Notes under the pieces: generated by a model | Told to the model about the DNA's origin: nothing | What the model saw: only the letters and a program-made list of their open reading frames with translations | Databases searched by the model: none | Made by a program: the position numbers and the translations under genes | DNA from: Octopus sinensis | Taxonomy: Eukaryota | Length of the DNA: 64,000 nt | NCBI RefSeq assembly: GCF_006345805.1 | Contig: NC_043010.1 | Location: 7,440,001-7,504,000 of the forward strand | Reading direction: 5' to 3' | Shown: one piece after another, positions 39,393 to 52,615 of the stretch | Layout: each line of letters opens with the position of its first letter | Numbering within the stretch: the first letter of the stretch is position 1

Positions 39393-40111
39393 GGGGGGGG
39401 GGGTCACATTATATTTATATATATTGAATTCATGGCATTTGTTGCACTGGAAATATAAAAATTTGAAGGACAAGCGAGTGGAAGTGGCTCTGCACAAACC
39501 ATTCCCACTATAATAATATTCATCATGCAGGTTGTTCAGCAAATCTAAATACCATCACCAACAGCAACACCATCACCTTTTCTTTGTAAATCCAGTGGTG
39601 ATAGAGAAAGAGGTGACAGGGACAGGTAGATGATGCTACTGGAAGTCTTTCACTTTGATCCTGCATGCTGTGACCATAAGTCGAGGGTTGCTTTCCACAG
39701 ACTTGAGCTACCAACATTGTGCAACTGTATCGTGCTGATCTCCCATTCATCAAAGCAATGAGAGTACACAGTAATTCCATTTCATGAGTGGAATGTGCAA
39801 TGAAGCAAACAAACAGGCATGGTGTGTGGTTAAGAAGTTCACTTTGTAACGACATGATTTCAGGTTCAGTCCCAATATTGGCAACCATGGTCAGGTGTCT
39901 TCTGTTATAGTTCCAGGCTAACTAATGTCTTGTGAGTGAATTTGGTAGAGAGATACAATGCAGAACTGGATAAGAACTTATTTGAGGCAGGTGATTTACA
40001 AACAAATGCTCTTGTTCTTGTGTGTCACAACTTGTTTTTCTAATAATAGGGTTTTTGTCCCCGGTCTTTGAACACAGGTCAACTGGTCATGATATTAACA
40101 AGAAATGTAAA

Positions 40112-40524
40112 AGACGCAGGAGTGGATGTGTGGTAAGTAGCTTGCTAACCAACCACATAGTTCCAGGTTCAGTCCCACTGCGTGGCATCTTGGGCAAGTG
40201 TCTTCTGCTATAGCCCCGGGCTGACCAATGCCTTGTGAGTGGATTTGCTAGACAGAAACTGAAAGAAGCCTGTCGTATATATGTATATATATATGTATGT
40301 GTGTGTTTGTGTGTCTATGTTTGTCCCCCTAGCATTGCTTGACAACCGATGCTGGTGTGTTTACGTCCCCGTCACCTGGCGGTTTGGCAATAGAGATCGA
40401 TAGAATAAGTACTGGGCTTACAAAGAATAAGTCCCGGGGTTGATTTGCTCAACTAAAAGGCGGTGCTCCAGCATGGCCACAGTCAAATGACTGAAACAAG
40501 TAAAAGAGTAAAGAGTAAAGAGTA
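40112..40524 (+). mobile_element. SINE family A
   Basis: Full-length copy. Older or partial A copies also at about 560-731(+), 1555-1720(-), 2420-2600(+), 4100-4270(-), 6350-6520(-), 12270-12500(+), 39815-39950(+), 44177-44630(+), 45885-46430(+). Confidence 0.9.
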
Positions 40525-40987
40525 TCCTCACAGTTTGACACACAAAACTATGCAATATAATGCTCACTCGTATTCACACACAAATGGAAAAACAAACTGG
40601 CATACACATACATACACTCGTGCTTTTATATAAATATCAGTACATTTAAATATGTAAGTATTTGTACATACAAGTATGTGTGTTTGTCTCTCTCTCTATA
40701 TATATATGTACATATATGTGTGTGTATATGTGTGTGTATATGTGTGTGTATGTGTGTGCATCTGTCGTTTGCTTCTCACCACTTGACAAATGTAGACAAC
40801 GCATTTACATCCACATAACTTAATGATTTGGTTAAAAGAGAGATGATAAGAATAGCTACCAAACCTAAAACAAGCAATGGGTTTTAATTTGATTGTTTTA
40901 AAATTCCTTCAAGACGATGCCTTAGAAAGACCACAGTCCAATATGGCTTAAGCAAGAAAATAAGTTAACAAAGACATAGATATATAT

Positions 40988-41208
40988 ATTTCTTTACTAC
41001 CCACAAGGGGCTAAACACTGAGAGGACAAACAAACGGATTAAGTCGATTACATCGACCCCAGTGCATAACTGGTACTTAATTTATCGACCCCGAAAGGAT
41101 GAAAGGCAAAGTCGACCTCGGCAGAATTTGAACCCAGAACATAACGGCAGACAAAATACGGCTACGCATTTCGCCCGGCGTGCTAATGATTCTGCCAGCT
41201 CGCCGCCT
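40988..41208 (-). mobile_element. SINE family C, full length, 15-bp TSD
   Basis: Homologous to the 46974 copy; AGACATAGATATATA at 40972-40986 and 41211-41225. Confidence 0.9.
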
Positions 41209-41959
41209 AGAGACATAGATATATAAGAGGCTTGTGTTCAACCATGCTCAGAGTAAAACCCATCCAATATATGGCAAAGTAGTTCATCATTCTGATAGGT
41301 GTAGCAATCCCAGTTTGCGAATGAATTCCTCTGATTGAAAAATATAATTAGTATAATGTTAACTCCTCCTCCTAACAGTAGTAGGAGTAAGATTCGTAGC
41401 AATGGTAGTGGCAGCAGCAGGAGTAGTAGCTGTTGTTGTGGTAGAAGCAGCTGTTGTTTTTGTTATTGTTTAACCCTTGGTGACCCCTCAACAAGGGGAC
41501 ATATGATCAAGCATGTTCAAGTTGTGATCATACTGTCTTTCAAGATATGTTGTTGTTTAACCCCAAGTCAGAGCCCACCTATGATCGAAGACATTCCTGC
41601 TATGACCATCACGCATTTTATATATCTTGGACTACATTTATTTATCCAATGTGTCCTTCGGTTTTTGAAGTCAGTAAGTTAGAATTTGAGTGAGATTTGG
41701 CTGCTATTTAAGCAGATCAAGTAATGATGTATAAAGCTGTTGTTGCTGTTATATTTAGCCTCAGGCCAGCCCTGTCTGAGCAGACTACAACCATCCCATG
41801 TTTACTTTTTTTAAAAGATGGTAAGGTATAATTTGGTAGCAATTGCTTGCAATTTGAATGATCTACTAAGAGTTGTTAATTATAAGTGCAATTAAAGTAA
41901 TTAAGAGAACATCTATATTGATAAATCAATGAAAAGAAAAAGATAATCAGAAGGTACTT

Positions 41960-42572
41960 TTAACCCTTTCATTACTGTATTTATTTTGAGATGCTCTGTG
42001 TTTCTTTCAATTATTTTAAATATAACAAAGAATTTAGTAAAATAACTTAGTTATTATTAAGCTAGTGTTAGGAATGTAAATTGTGACTAAAGCTTGGTGG
42101 AATATTTTAATTCAAAAACTTATGAAAACAAGACATTTTATCACATAGCCAGAGCCGGTTTTGGCCGGGTTAGTAACAAAAGGGTTAAGCTAGTGTTAGG
42201 AATGTGAATTGTGACTAAAGCTTGGTGGAATATTTTAATTCAAAAACTTATGAAAACAAGACATTTTACCACATAGCCAGAGCCGGTTTTGGCCGGGTTA
42301 GTAACAAAAGGGTTAAGCTAGTGTTAGGAATGTGAATTGTGACTAAAGCTTGGTGGAATATTTTAATTCAAAAACTTATGAAAACAAGACATTTTATCAC
42401 ATAGCCAGAGCCGGTTTTGGCCGGGTTAGTAACAAAAGGGTTAAGCTAGTGTTAGGAATGTGAATTGTGACTAAAGCTTGGTGGAATATTTTAATTCAAA
42501 AACTTATGAAAACAAGACATTTTACCACATAGCCAGAGCCGGTTTTGGCCGGGTTAGTAACAAAAGGGTTAA
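41960..42572 (+). mobile_element. piggyBac-like MITE whose 3' 128 bp is repeated four times
   Basis: TTAA-CCCTTT...AAAGGG-TTAA; units 42061-42188, 42189-42316, 42317-42444, 42445-42572. Confidence 0.88.
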
Positions 42573-43022
42573 ATCAATTTTCTTCCCCTCAGATACCATC
42601 TCAGGCTTGAAACATTAGTATCTTCTTCTTTACACATCACATAAATGTTCCTCTCAGCCATCACTAATGAACAAATATGGGTTAGTGGGGATGTACCATA
42701 TTTCTGTTACTTGTTTTAAGTGTCTGTAGTCATAAGTAGATGCGCCCTCTTGCTCAAACCCTTCATGAGTCAGTGGAGCATCAGAGATATGCCTGTTAGG
42801 GAGAGAGGGAGGGAGAGAGAGAGAGAGAGAGAGAGGGAGGGAGGGTGGGGCTGCACTAGCATCTATTTGGTACTTATTTACAGTTGACTAAGCTGCAGTC
42901 ATGTGAAATAATCGGCCCTGTTCAAGGACACAATGCGTTGCCCAATTCAGGAATTGAACCCATGACCTGGAGATCATGAACTGGAGAGCCTAAAAACTCG
43001 GCTACACACCCTCAGAATCTAA

Positions 43023-43062
43023 GCAGCAGAAGGAGTAGCAGCAGTAGTAGTAGTAGTAATAC

Positions 43063-43138
<76 letters not shown>

Positions 43139-43139
43139 G

Positions 43140-43176
<37 letters not shown>

Positions 43177-43261
43177 CAGCAGCAGCAGCAGTAGCAGTAG
43201 TAGTAGTAGTAGCAGCAACAGCAGCAACAGCAGCAGCAGCAGCAGTAGCAGCAGTAGCAGC

Positions 43262-43312
<51 letters not shown>

Positions 43313-43313
43313 T

Positions 43314-43398
<85 letters not shown>

Positions 43399-43440
43399 CA
43401 GTAGTAGTAGTAGTAGTAGCAGCAGCAGCAGCAGTTGCTG
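43023..43440. repeat. Interleaved (AGT)n/(AGC)n triplet tract
   Basis: Direct reading. Confidence 0.97.
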
Positions 43441-43699
43441 CTTTTGATATTGTTTAACCCCTGGTCGGCTCTGATCGAGGAGACATTAATAAATACGTTC
43501 AAGTTGTGATCATGCTATCTTCCTTTTAAGCTGTTGTGTTGTCGTTTAAACTCTAGTCAGCGCGCATCTTAGGACCCCAGGCAAACCAATGCACCAGGCC
43601 CTATAAAATATATTTATTGACAGCAAGCCCTGACTTTTATATCAACCTGCCCTTGTTTGCCTCTGGGCCTGTGATACAAACTCCCTATTTTGAAGTGAT

Positions 43700-43928
43700 T
43701 TAACCCTTTAGTGTTCGCATTATTCTGCCAAAACTAATCCTTTTTCATCCACATTGTTTTGAAATAATCATGCATTATCTTGTAGCTATGAGATTTTGAT
43801 GAGGTAGCTGTTAATTTTTAAAACAATATTGTAGGGTTGGTGTGAGAGACCAGATCTGGCCAGTTTGACCATAAAACAAGCAGAATACTTTTGGCCAGAT
43901 ATGGCGGGTTTAAATGCTAAAGGGTTAA
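43700..43928 (+). mobile_element. piggyBac-like MITE, second family
   Basis: TTAA-CCCTTTAG...CTAAAGGG-TTAA; a degenerate reverse copy lies at 34089-34316. Confidence 0.8.
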
Positions 43929-44343
43929 ATTCAAACTTGTCAACAAAACTTCATGTTAATTCATATTCCAAACACCAGCTTCTTAGTGATGAAGCTACTT
44001 TACCAAATTCCCTGTTGTGTTCAAAACTGATTGATATAAAGGCAGTATATTCCACCAGGAATATGGTAACAAAAGGGTTTAGACAGCCTTGTTGAGAAGG
44101 ATCATAAGATTTGCTCTTTTGCTCCTGACTAAAAATTAAAACAAAAATAGATACCTTGAAAGTTAGGTAATATCATAGGCATGGCTGCGTGGTAAGAAGC
44201 TGGCTTCCCAACCACATGGTTCTGAGTTCAGTGCCACTGAATGGCACCTTGAGCAAGTTTCTCCTACTATAGCCTCAGGTAGGCTAAAGCCTTGTGAGTG
44301 GATTTGGTAGACAGAAACTGAAGGAGGCCCATCGTGTATTTAC

Positions 44344-44384
<41 letters not shown>

Positions 44385-45277
44385 TATACATACATACATG
44401 TGAGTGTATGTGTGTGTGTGGGTGTGCATGTGCTTGTGTGTGTGTCTTTGTGTCCATGTTTGTCCTCCACCACCATTTAACAGCTGGTGTTGGCATGCTT
44501 TTGTCCCTGTAAATTAGCAGTTCAGCAAAAAAAAAAAAAGGGGCCAATAGAATATGTACTGGGGTCAATTCATTCAACTAAAAGTTCTACAAGGTAGTAC
44601 TCCAGCATGGCCACAGTCGAATGACTAATAAAAAAAAATATTATTCTTATTTCGAAATATTCATAGTTCTTATGATGTCAAATTGGCAAAATTATTAGAC
44701 CATAGTAAAGGGTGCATTAGATTATTCGTTCCATCCCTTGACACTCTGATCCCATCAAGGGTGAATATGTTTCAGCCCTGTCAGGGGTTGGTAAATAAAG
44801 TGCCTTTCTTGAGGAGAGGATCAGCAAAACTGCTACAGTTGTATTTCCTCATAGCCCTGAATTCGAATTCTGCTGATGTCAACTTTGCTTTCATTCCTTC
44901 AGGGTTGGTAAAAATAAAGTATATTAATCAAGTGTTAGGATAATATAACTGACTATGCCACTTCCACCACCAAAATTTGTGGCCTTGTGCCAATGTTAGA
45001 AATCAATATTATATTTAACGAATCTTACTGACCTTTCCACGGATAAAGACCAACGGTGAAAGTGGATTGGCCAGTTTTTAATGCACAACATTTCTTACTT
45101 TGTGGACTAACCCCTTATAGAAACAGAAAATGTCAAAAGAAGAAGAATGTGCATATGTTTGTATGATGCTTGTGTGCAAATAATGTGTGTGTGTATGTGT
45201 GTGTGTGTGTACATGTGTGTCTATGCATGTGCATACACCCATCAGTATGAATGTATTTGAATGTTTATATATAAATA

Positions 45278-45318
<41 letters not shown>

Positions 45319-45405
45319 CACATACACATACATATACATATATATATATATATAATATATATATGTGTGTGTGTGTGTAAGTATTTAAGCACACACATAC
45401 ACATT

Positions 45406-45443
<38 letters not shown>

Positions 45444-45528
45444 CACATACATATACATATATATATATAATATATATATATATATGTGTGTGTGTGTGTA
45501 AGTATTTAAGCACACACATACACATTTG

Positions 45529-45561
<33 letters not shown>

Positions 45562-45640
45562 ACATACATATACATATATATATATATGGGTGTGTATGTG
45601 TGTGTGTGTAAGTATTTAAGCACACACATACACATTTGTG

Positions 45641-45672
<32 letters not shown>

Positions 45673-46444
45673 AGTGTGTGTGTGTATGTATGTGAATGTG
45701 TAGCATTTAATTCCAAGCATTTGCTAGTCATATTTTGTTCCTTGTCCTCCAATGCTTTATATTTTTCTTTGTAATTATTTCTTTGTTATTTGTTCTCCAA
45801 GTATAAACATTCTTCCTTAACAAACAACAACACAATACATTTGGTTTGCATTTATCCATAAATGTAGATCTGAATTGGCAGAGGCATGGCTTGGCTATGT
45901 GGTTAAGAAGCTTAATTTGTAAACTGTGTGGTTACAGGTTCAATACCTTGGGCAGGTGTCTTCCAGTGCACATCCCAGGCCAACCAACACCTTATGAGTG
46001 AATTTAGTTGATGGAAACTGTTTAGAGGCCTATCATATACATGCTTAAGTGCGTGTGTGTGTGTGTGTGTGTGTGTGAGTGTGTGTGTGTGTGGTGTGTG
46101 TGAGTGTGTGTGTGTGTGTGTGTAAGTATTTAAGCACACACATACACATTTGTATATATATAATATATATATATATATATACATACATACACACATACAT
46201 ATACATATATATATATATGTGTGTGTGTGTGTATGTGTGTGTGTGTGTGTGTGTGTATGTGTGTGTGTGTCAATGTGTTTGTCTTTCATCATTTGGCAAT
46301 TAGTGTTGGCTTCTTTGTGCCACAGTAACTTAACAGTTTGGCTAGAAGACCAATAAGTACCAGACTTAAGAAATAAGTACAGGGTATAATTCGAATGAGT
46401 AGATGCCTTCAAGGCAGGGCTTCAATCCACTAACTGAAGTGAAA

Positions 46445-46672
46445 AAATGAAGGAATGAAAGAATGAAGGAATGAAAGAATGAAAGAAGGAAGGAATGAAA
46501 GAATGAAGGAATGAAAGAATGAAGGAATGAAAGAATGAAGGAATGAAGGAATGAAAGAATGAAGAATGAAAGAATGAAGGAATGAAAGAATGAAGGAATG
46601 AAAGAATGAAGGAATGAAGGAATGAAGGAATGAAAGAATGAAGGAATGAAAGAATGAAAGAATGAAGGAATG
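46445..46672. repeat. GAATGAAG/GAATGAAA 8-mer minisatellite
   Basis: Direct reading; mostly alternating 16-bp unit. Confidence 0.95.
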
Positions 46673-46729
46673 ATGTATATATTAAGGCCATTTGTGATTT
46701 AGTTAACCTGTAAAGTAATCCTCCTATTG

Positions 46730-47315
46730 GAATGGTTGTATACTGTCAATCTAACACGAACGTGACAGTAGGGGATTACACCACCGCTGTTTAGCCCTAG
46801 GAAGCATCGACGCCTCCTGATGGCTTTGATACATTTTTCCTGTGTCCTTATATACATTTACGAAGGGGAGACAAATACCTCGTAAATGTGTATAAGGACA
46901 CAGGAAAAATGTGTCAAAGCCATCAGGAGGCGTCTATGCTTCCTAGGGCTAAACAGCGGTGGTGTACCCCCTATAAGGGCGGCGAGCTGGCAGAAACGTT
47001 AGCACGCCGGACGAAATGCTTAGCGGTATTTCGTCTGTGTTACGTTGTGAGTTCAAATTCCGCCGAGGTCGACTTTGCCTTTCATCCTTTCGGGGTCGAT
47101 AAATTAAGTACCAGTTACGCACTGGGGTCGATGTAATCGACTTAATACCTATGTCTGTCCTTGTTTGTCCCCTCTGTGTTTAGCCCCTTGTGGGTAATAA
47201 AGAAATAGGTGTACCCCCTACTGTCACGTTCGTGTTAGATTGACAGTATACAACCATTCTATCGCCCCACCACCGTACATGTCTCTACGAGAGATTTAGA
47301 AATTTAGTATTTCTG
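46730..47315. mobile_element. Foldback (palindromic) element with 13-bp TSD, interrupted by SINE C
   Basis: 134-bp arms (46730-46863 versus 46880-47259 after removing the SINE) with few mismatches and a 16-nt loop; AATCCTCCTATTG flanks both ends (46717-46729, 47316-47328). Confidence 0.8.
46974..47207 (+). mobile_element. SINE family C, full length, 13-bp TSD
   Basis: tRNA-like head (TGGCAGAAACGTTAG...GAGTTCAAATTCC), central GGTCGACTTTGCCTTTCATCCTTTCGGGGTCGAT module, TSD GGTGTACCCCCTA (46961-46973, 47208-47220). Confidence 0.92.
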
Positions 47316-47793
47316 AATCCTCCTATTGCCGTGATGGTAAGAGAGCATAAATAACTAGCATAAATAAATATTTCAAAGATAACTGTGAGACCCTAACACA
47401 CAAAATTACATACACAAACATATGCATGCAGACATACACACATACATATACACACATACACACATACATATGCGGGTGTCCATAAAGAAATCTACACACA
47501 TGCATACGCACTACACATATGAACACATAACTGTCATACTTCTAAATATACCTTGTAAGGTATGAGAACATTTATTGAGGCACTTTAGATGAAAAATATA
47601 CTTTGCTGAAGCTAATTATGATGCACCATGTACATATCTTGCGGTTGATATATACATATATTAATATATATATATCATCATCATCATTGCCATATAACAG
47701 CTGTGTTCCATGCTGGCAAGGGTTGGATGGTTTGACATGGATCAGGATCCAATGAATCAAGGACTGCATTATGCTCCATCCAATATATATATA

Positions 47794-47844
<51 letters not shown>

Positions 47845-47981
47845 TGTATATATATATATATATATATAAAATATATATATAATTATGTATATATATATAT
47901 ATATATATATATAATTATGTATATATATATGTATATATATATAATATATATATATAAATATAATATATATATATATATAAT

Positions 47982-48031
<50 letters not shown>

Positions 48032-48650
48032 CATATGTGTGTGTGTTTGTGCCCCACCGTCACTTCACAACAGTTGTTTGTTTGTTTATATTCCTGTAAC
48101 TTAGCAGTTCAGCAAACGAGACCAAAATAATAGGTACCAAACTTAAACAAATAGCATTCCCACAGTCTAATGATAGAAACAAGTAAAAAAAGATCAGATA
48201 AGTTATGAAAATAACAAGAACAACTAATTAGGGAGAAAATTAGCTTATATGAGCTGTTGTTCAAGTTTGTGCCAAGCTGGAGCACAACTGGTGTCTTGTT
48301 TCGTGTAAGTCAAACACAGGAGTAATTCTTACAAAAGAGCTTCTCCACTGAACGTAGTATTTCTTTCTTTAAGGAAGATATTTGACAATATTTCATGGTC
48401 TATAGTCTGATGGCCTTTAAAAAAAAAACTAGCCTCGTGAAACTTGTGGAAGCTACCTACAGTGATGCTGTTAGTAACGAGATCAGTAACTTGATGTGTT
48501 GACAGGAGTCCATCTGAGCTTGGTTCTCTATTGAAATATGTAATAGCAGAAATCAAGAGTTATTTGAATAAATCTAGCAAAGAAAAATGTTTAGTTATCA
48601 GGAAGAGGACCAGACTCTATTTAGATGTTAGAAGAGCCACATTCAATATG

Positions 48651-49221
48651 TATTGGGTTGTCCGGAAAGTTCGTGCCAATTTGTAAAGGAAACAAAAAGG
48701 TCACTAAATACTTGCCATTGTATTTTTAGTCAACCAAATATGAACCATTTTGTTGCACAATGTGTCTCCATCTTTTCTTTAACTTGAAAATACCTTCTTC
48801 CCAGAAATGAGGTGGTTTCATGGCAAAGAATTCATCATGGTATCTTTTTACGTCATCCAAGGAATTGAAATTTTTACCATTAAGACTATTCTGCAGAGAC
48901 CTGAATAAGTGGAAATCCGAAGGAGCAATATCTGGTGAATATGGAGGGTGGGATAACACATCCCTGCTGAACTGCAGCAATTTTTGTCTGGTTCCCAAAG
49001 CATCAAGTGCCGAAAACGAACTTTCTTATCTTCCATTTTGAAGGGTTACAGAATTAACACAGGTTATAGGAACATAAATCTTCTTCCACGAAAATATAGT
49101 TTAAAATGTGCTCTAAATGGAGGTGTAGGTCAAATCCTATTTTATGGACCCAACCATATTCTAAAATAAGTCGAAAGATAAGCTACTATAAATCGGCACA
49201 AACTTTCCGGACAACCCAGTA
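48651..49221 (-). mobile_element. Internally deleted mariner (Tc1/mariner) transposon
   Basis: TIRs TATTGGGTTGTCCGGAAAGTTCGTGCC / GGCACAAACTTTCCGGACAACCCAGTA with TA ends. N-terminal MEDKKVRFRHLML is fused to a C-terminal fragment with HPPYSPDIAPSDFHLFRSL. Confidence 0.93.
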
Positions 49222-49998
49222 GATAAGAAAAAGTTTGTAAATATGGAGAGTAGAATGTATGGATGCACAAGAGATATAGAGGGCTCAAAAACAAGATGAC
49301 AAGGAAAAGAATTTCAAATGTAGCAGGTGCACAGTAATTAGCAGTTAGCACACCTAAGAAATTCATTCAAATGCTCAGAAGGTTTCCTAGAAGTTGTTCA
49401 TAGTGTTGATGATATAATTAGCAATAGATTCTTCTGAAAATATAATAGGCAGAGAAAGAATGAGCTGGAAAAATTTGAGGCACCTTTTACTTCTACTGAT
49501 AAAAAATAGGATTCTATCTGAGTGATGTGCAGATTGTATAATACATGTATACAAAGTTTGAGTGGATAGGTGCAAACCATGGAGAATAAATATGGAAAAT
49601 GTAGGAAAACTGGAATGAAGCCAGGTGGGTATGTTTTCTGAATGTGGAATGTTTAGTGCAATATGAAGAACAGAGTACAACTGAGTACAAAGGAGCAGTG
49701 AGAAAAGCTTATCATAAAAGAAATCAGCTTTAGTATGCAAGAGAGATGTGATGGTATGAACATGTGAAAGATGATGTTTGATAGATGTGATCCAAGTGAA
49801 AGAAACCTTTGGAAAACAAAGACCTTGTGCCTTACCCAAGGACATAATGCATCACACAGCATAGGACTGAATCCACAACCTAAACATGAGCCCAACATCC
49901 TAACAAGGATGTTAATAGTGGACTTAGGCAGACAGCAACGGCATAGAAGCTTACCATATGCAGACTCACATACATACATACATGCATACATACATACA

Positions 49999-50029
<31 letters not shown>

Positions 50030-50485
50030 GTATATAAATGTGTGTGTGTGTATTGATAAATTAGTTATGATTTTTTTAGAATCTAGGCACATCAACATGT
50101 ATGACACCAGAACTAACAAAAGACCATAACAAAAAGTTCATAATGAGATACAACAACCATGAAGGTATCACATGTTGGTAGGATAGTGCAAATATGTAGA
50201 TATGTAAGCACCAAATGCAATATAAACTGCAGATCCAACTTAATCTTGGTTCCAGGTGCAGTGTAGGATGAACACAAATGGAGTTTAAAATTTACAACAG
50301 CTGTTTCGGTAGAATTTTATGTATTCATAGATTACATCACAACATAAACGAGTGACGTAAAACCTCAATGATGATATATCCAACAAAAGACATATCAGAA
50401 TTATTCTATGATGTGATCTATGAATACATCAATAAAATTCTACTGAAACAACTGTTGTAAATTTTAAACCTCATTTGTGTTCTGT

Positions 50486-50547
<62 letters not shown>

Positions 50548-50550
<3 letters not shown>

Positions 50551-52177
50551 CTTAGAATAACTTAGAAAGGTTTTTGGCCAGTATTGGCCCAGGCCATGTC
50601 TAACTTAATAGCACCACCTGGCGAAGTCTTTCAGTTCAGGATTTGGGCACCAAGGCCCATTCGAGCAGAGAGTTATTGTTTGCGGAGACATATCCGGGTG
50701 TGGGTGGTTTGTCCGGTACTGTTTGAAGGAATTTGTCCAAAGACTTCTTGAATTTTGTGTGGTCAGTTTCTTTTTTGACGTGTCCTGGTGTAATGTTGTG
50801 CCGTATTGTCGTTATGTGATGCGATTTAGATTTTTGTTGTGGACGGATGGCACGTGGTCCAAGCCTTGGATGCATTTTGAAGGTGATGCCAACATCATTC
50901 GGACAGTGCTGATGGAATATTTTCCACATCATACAGATAATGTAGCGTTCACGGCGTCGTTGGAGTGAATACAATTTCAGCTTCTCTAGTCTACCCCAGT
51001 AGTCAAGGTCTGACATGCCATCTATCTTTTTTGTGATTGACCTTTGGGGAGCTTCAATTCTCATAATATTTTGTTTTGTGTAGGGAGACCACAGTGGACA
51101 GCAGTATTCAAGGTGGGGTCGGGCAAAAGTGGAGAAGAGAAGGATAATAGCGTGGGAATCTCTCGACTGGAAGGTTCTGAGAATCCAGGAACACATTCTG
51201 CGGGCCATGTCAACTTTGCTGCTTATATGTGTAGCCCAGCTTATGTTGTTGTCCACTGTTACTCCCAGGTCTCTGATGTTGTTGGATGCCATGAGAATTT
51301 CTCCAGATGGAAGAGAGTATGGGAGTTTCAGAGCGTCCTCCCTTCCAAAGTGGATCAGTTCGAATTTGTCTTCATTTAGCAACATGTTGTTCTTTTCCGC
51401 CCATTGGACAACAGCCAGTAGGTCTGACTGAAGGTTTATTCGGTCATCCACGCCATTGATGACCTTCTGGAGCTTGGAATCATCAGCGAAGGTTCTGATG
51501 TTGCTGTGTTTGATGGTGTCAGTAATATCATTTATGTAGATGATGAAGAGAAGTGGGCCCAACACAGTGCCTTGTGGGACACCACTGCTGACTTTGGCTG
51601 GGCTGGATTTGACTCCTTCGACTACAACATGTTGGGTTCTGTTAGAGAGGAAGCACTTGATCCATTGTAGCAGCTTTCCAGTGACACCAATATTGGACAG
51701 CTTTCTCAGAAGGATCTTATGATCAACCCTGTCAAAGGCCTTGCTGAAATCAAGGTAGATGACATCAGTGTTGGAACCCTCTCCCAAGGCTCTCAAAATG
51801 TCATCAAAATGATGCAGTAGCTGCGTCAGGCAATCTCTCCCATTACGGAATCCATGCTGGTTGGGGTTCAGCATATTATGACTCTCAAGGAAGTGAGTCA
51901 TACGCGATCTCAGCACCCTCTCAAATACCTTGATGATATGAGAGGTGAGTGAGATTGGACGGTAATTCACGGCAAGCGATTTGTTTCCTTTTTTGAAAAC
52001 TGGGACAACAGACTGGGATAGAAGGTCTTCTGGTATATATCCAGCATCCAATGAGTTCCGCCACAGATTGGCTAGAGGGGGTGCAAGTTGGTTTTGACAC
52101 ATCTTCAAGACACAAGCAGGGAACCTATCGGGACCTACTGCTGAATTATGCTTCATTTCCTTTAGGAAAATACGCAC
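50548..52177 (-). mobile_element. 5'-truncated non-LTR retrotransposon (CR1/L2/Jockey group) with intact RT ORF 52177-50636
   Basis: 513-aa stop-free ORF with YRPISLTS, NQHGFR, YLDFSKAFDRV, SGVPQGTVLGPLLFIIYIND, FADD and PHLEYC motifs; about 90-nt 3'UTR ending in (TTCTAAGTTA)x2 next to a (TA)n tract; no endonuclease domain. Confidence 0.93.
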
Positions 52178-52615
52178 ACTTACATGGTTTTAATATAATT
52201 TTTAATATATCAACCGGTTTCACTATTGTTATTCACGATATAATGTTTAATTTATATGAAAATTAATTTTTTCTTAAGAAGGAATTTGGTCCATGTTGTT
52301 TGTGATGAAATATATATATATATATATATGCATATATATGTGTGTGTGTGTAAAATCATCACCATCATCATCGCTATCATACAATATTCATGCTTGCATG
52401 GGTCAGTTGGAATTTGTTAAGACATATTCTCTACAGCCAGATGCCCTTCCTTTTGCCAACTCTCACTTGTTTCCAAGCTCGGTAATATTTCTCTATGACA
52501 TACTTTCACAGAAGACTAGAAGCAAGCAACATCATTTGCACGTTGGTGCTGCTCATTTGCAATCATTACATGATGTGAGGACTCAAACACATATACACAC
52601 ATCTTCATCACTTAA

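Noticed and set aside
39523-39888. 121-aa minus-strand ORF
   Set aside because: It starts inside a SINE A head, has no recognisable domain and no clear splice signals.
50723-52266. Plus-strand ORFs overlapping the LINE and the protocadherin exon
   Set aside because: Antisense shadows of real coding frames.
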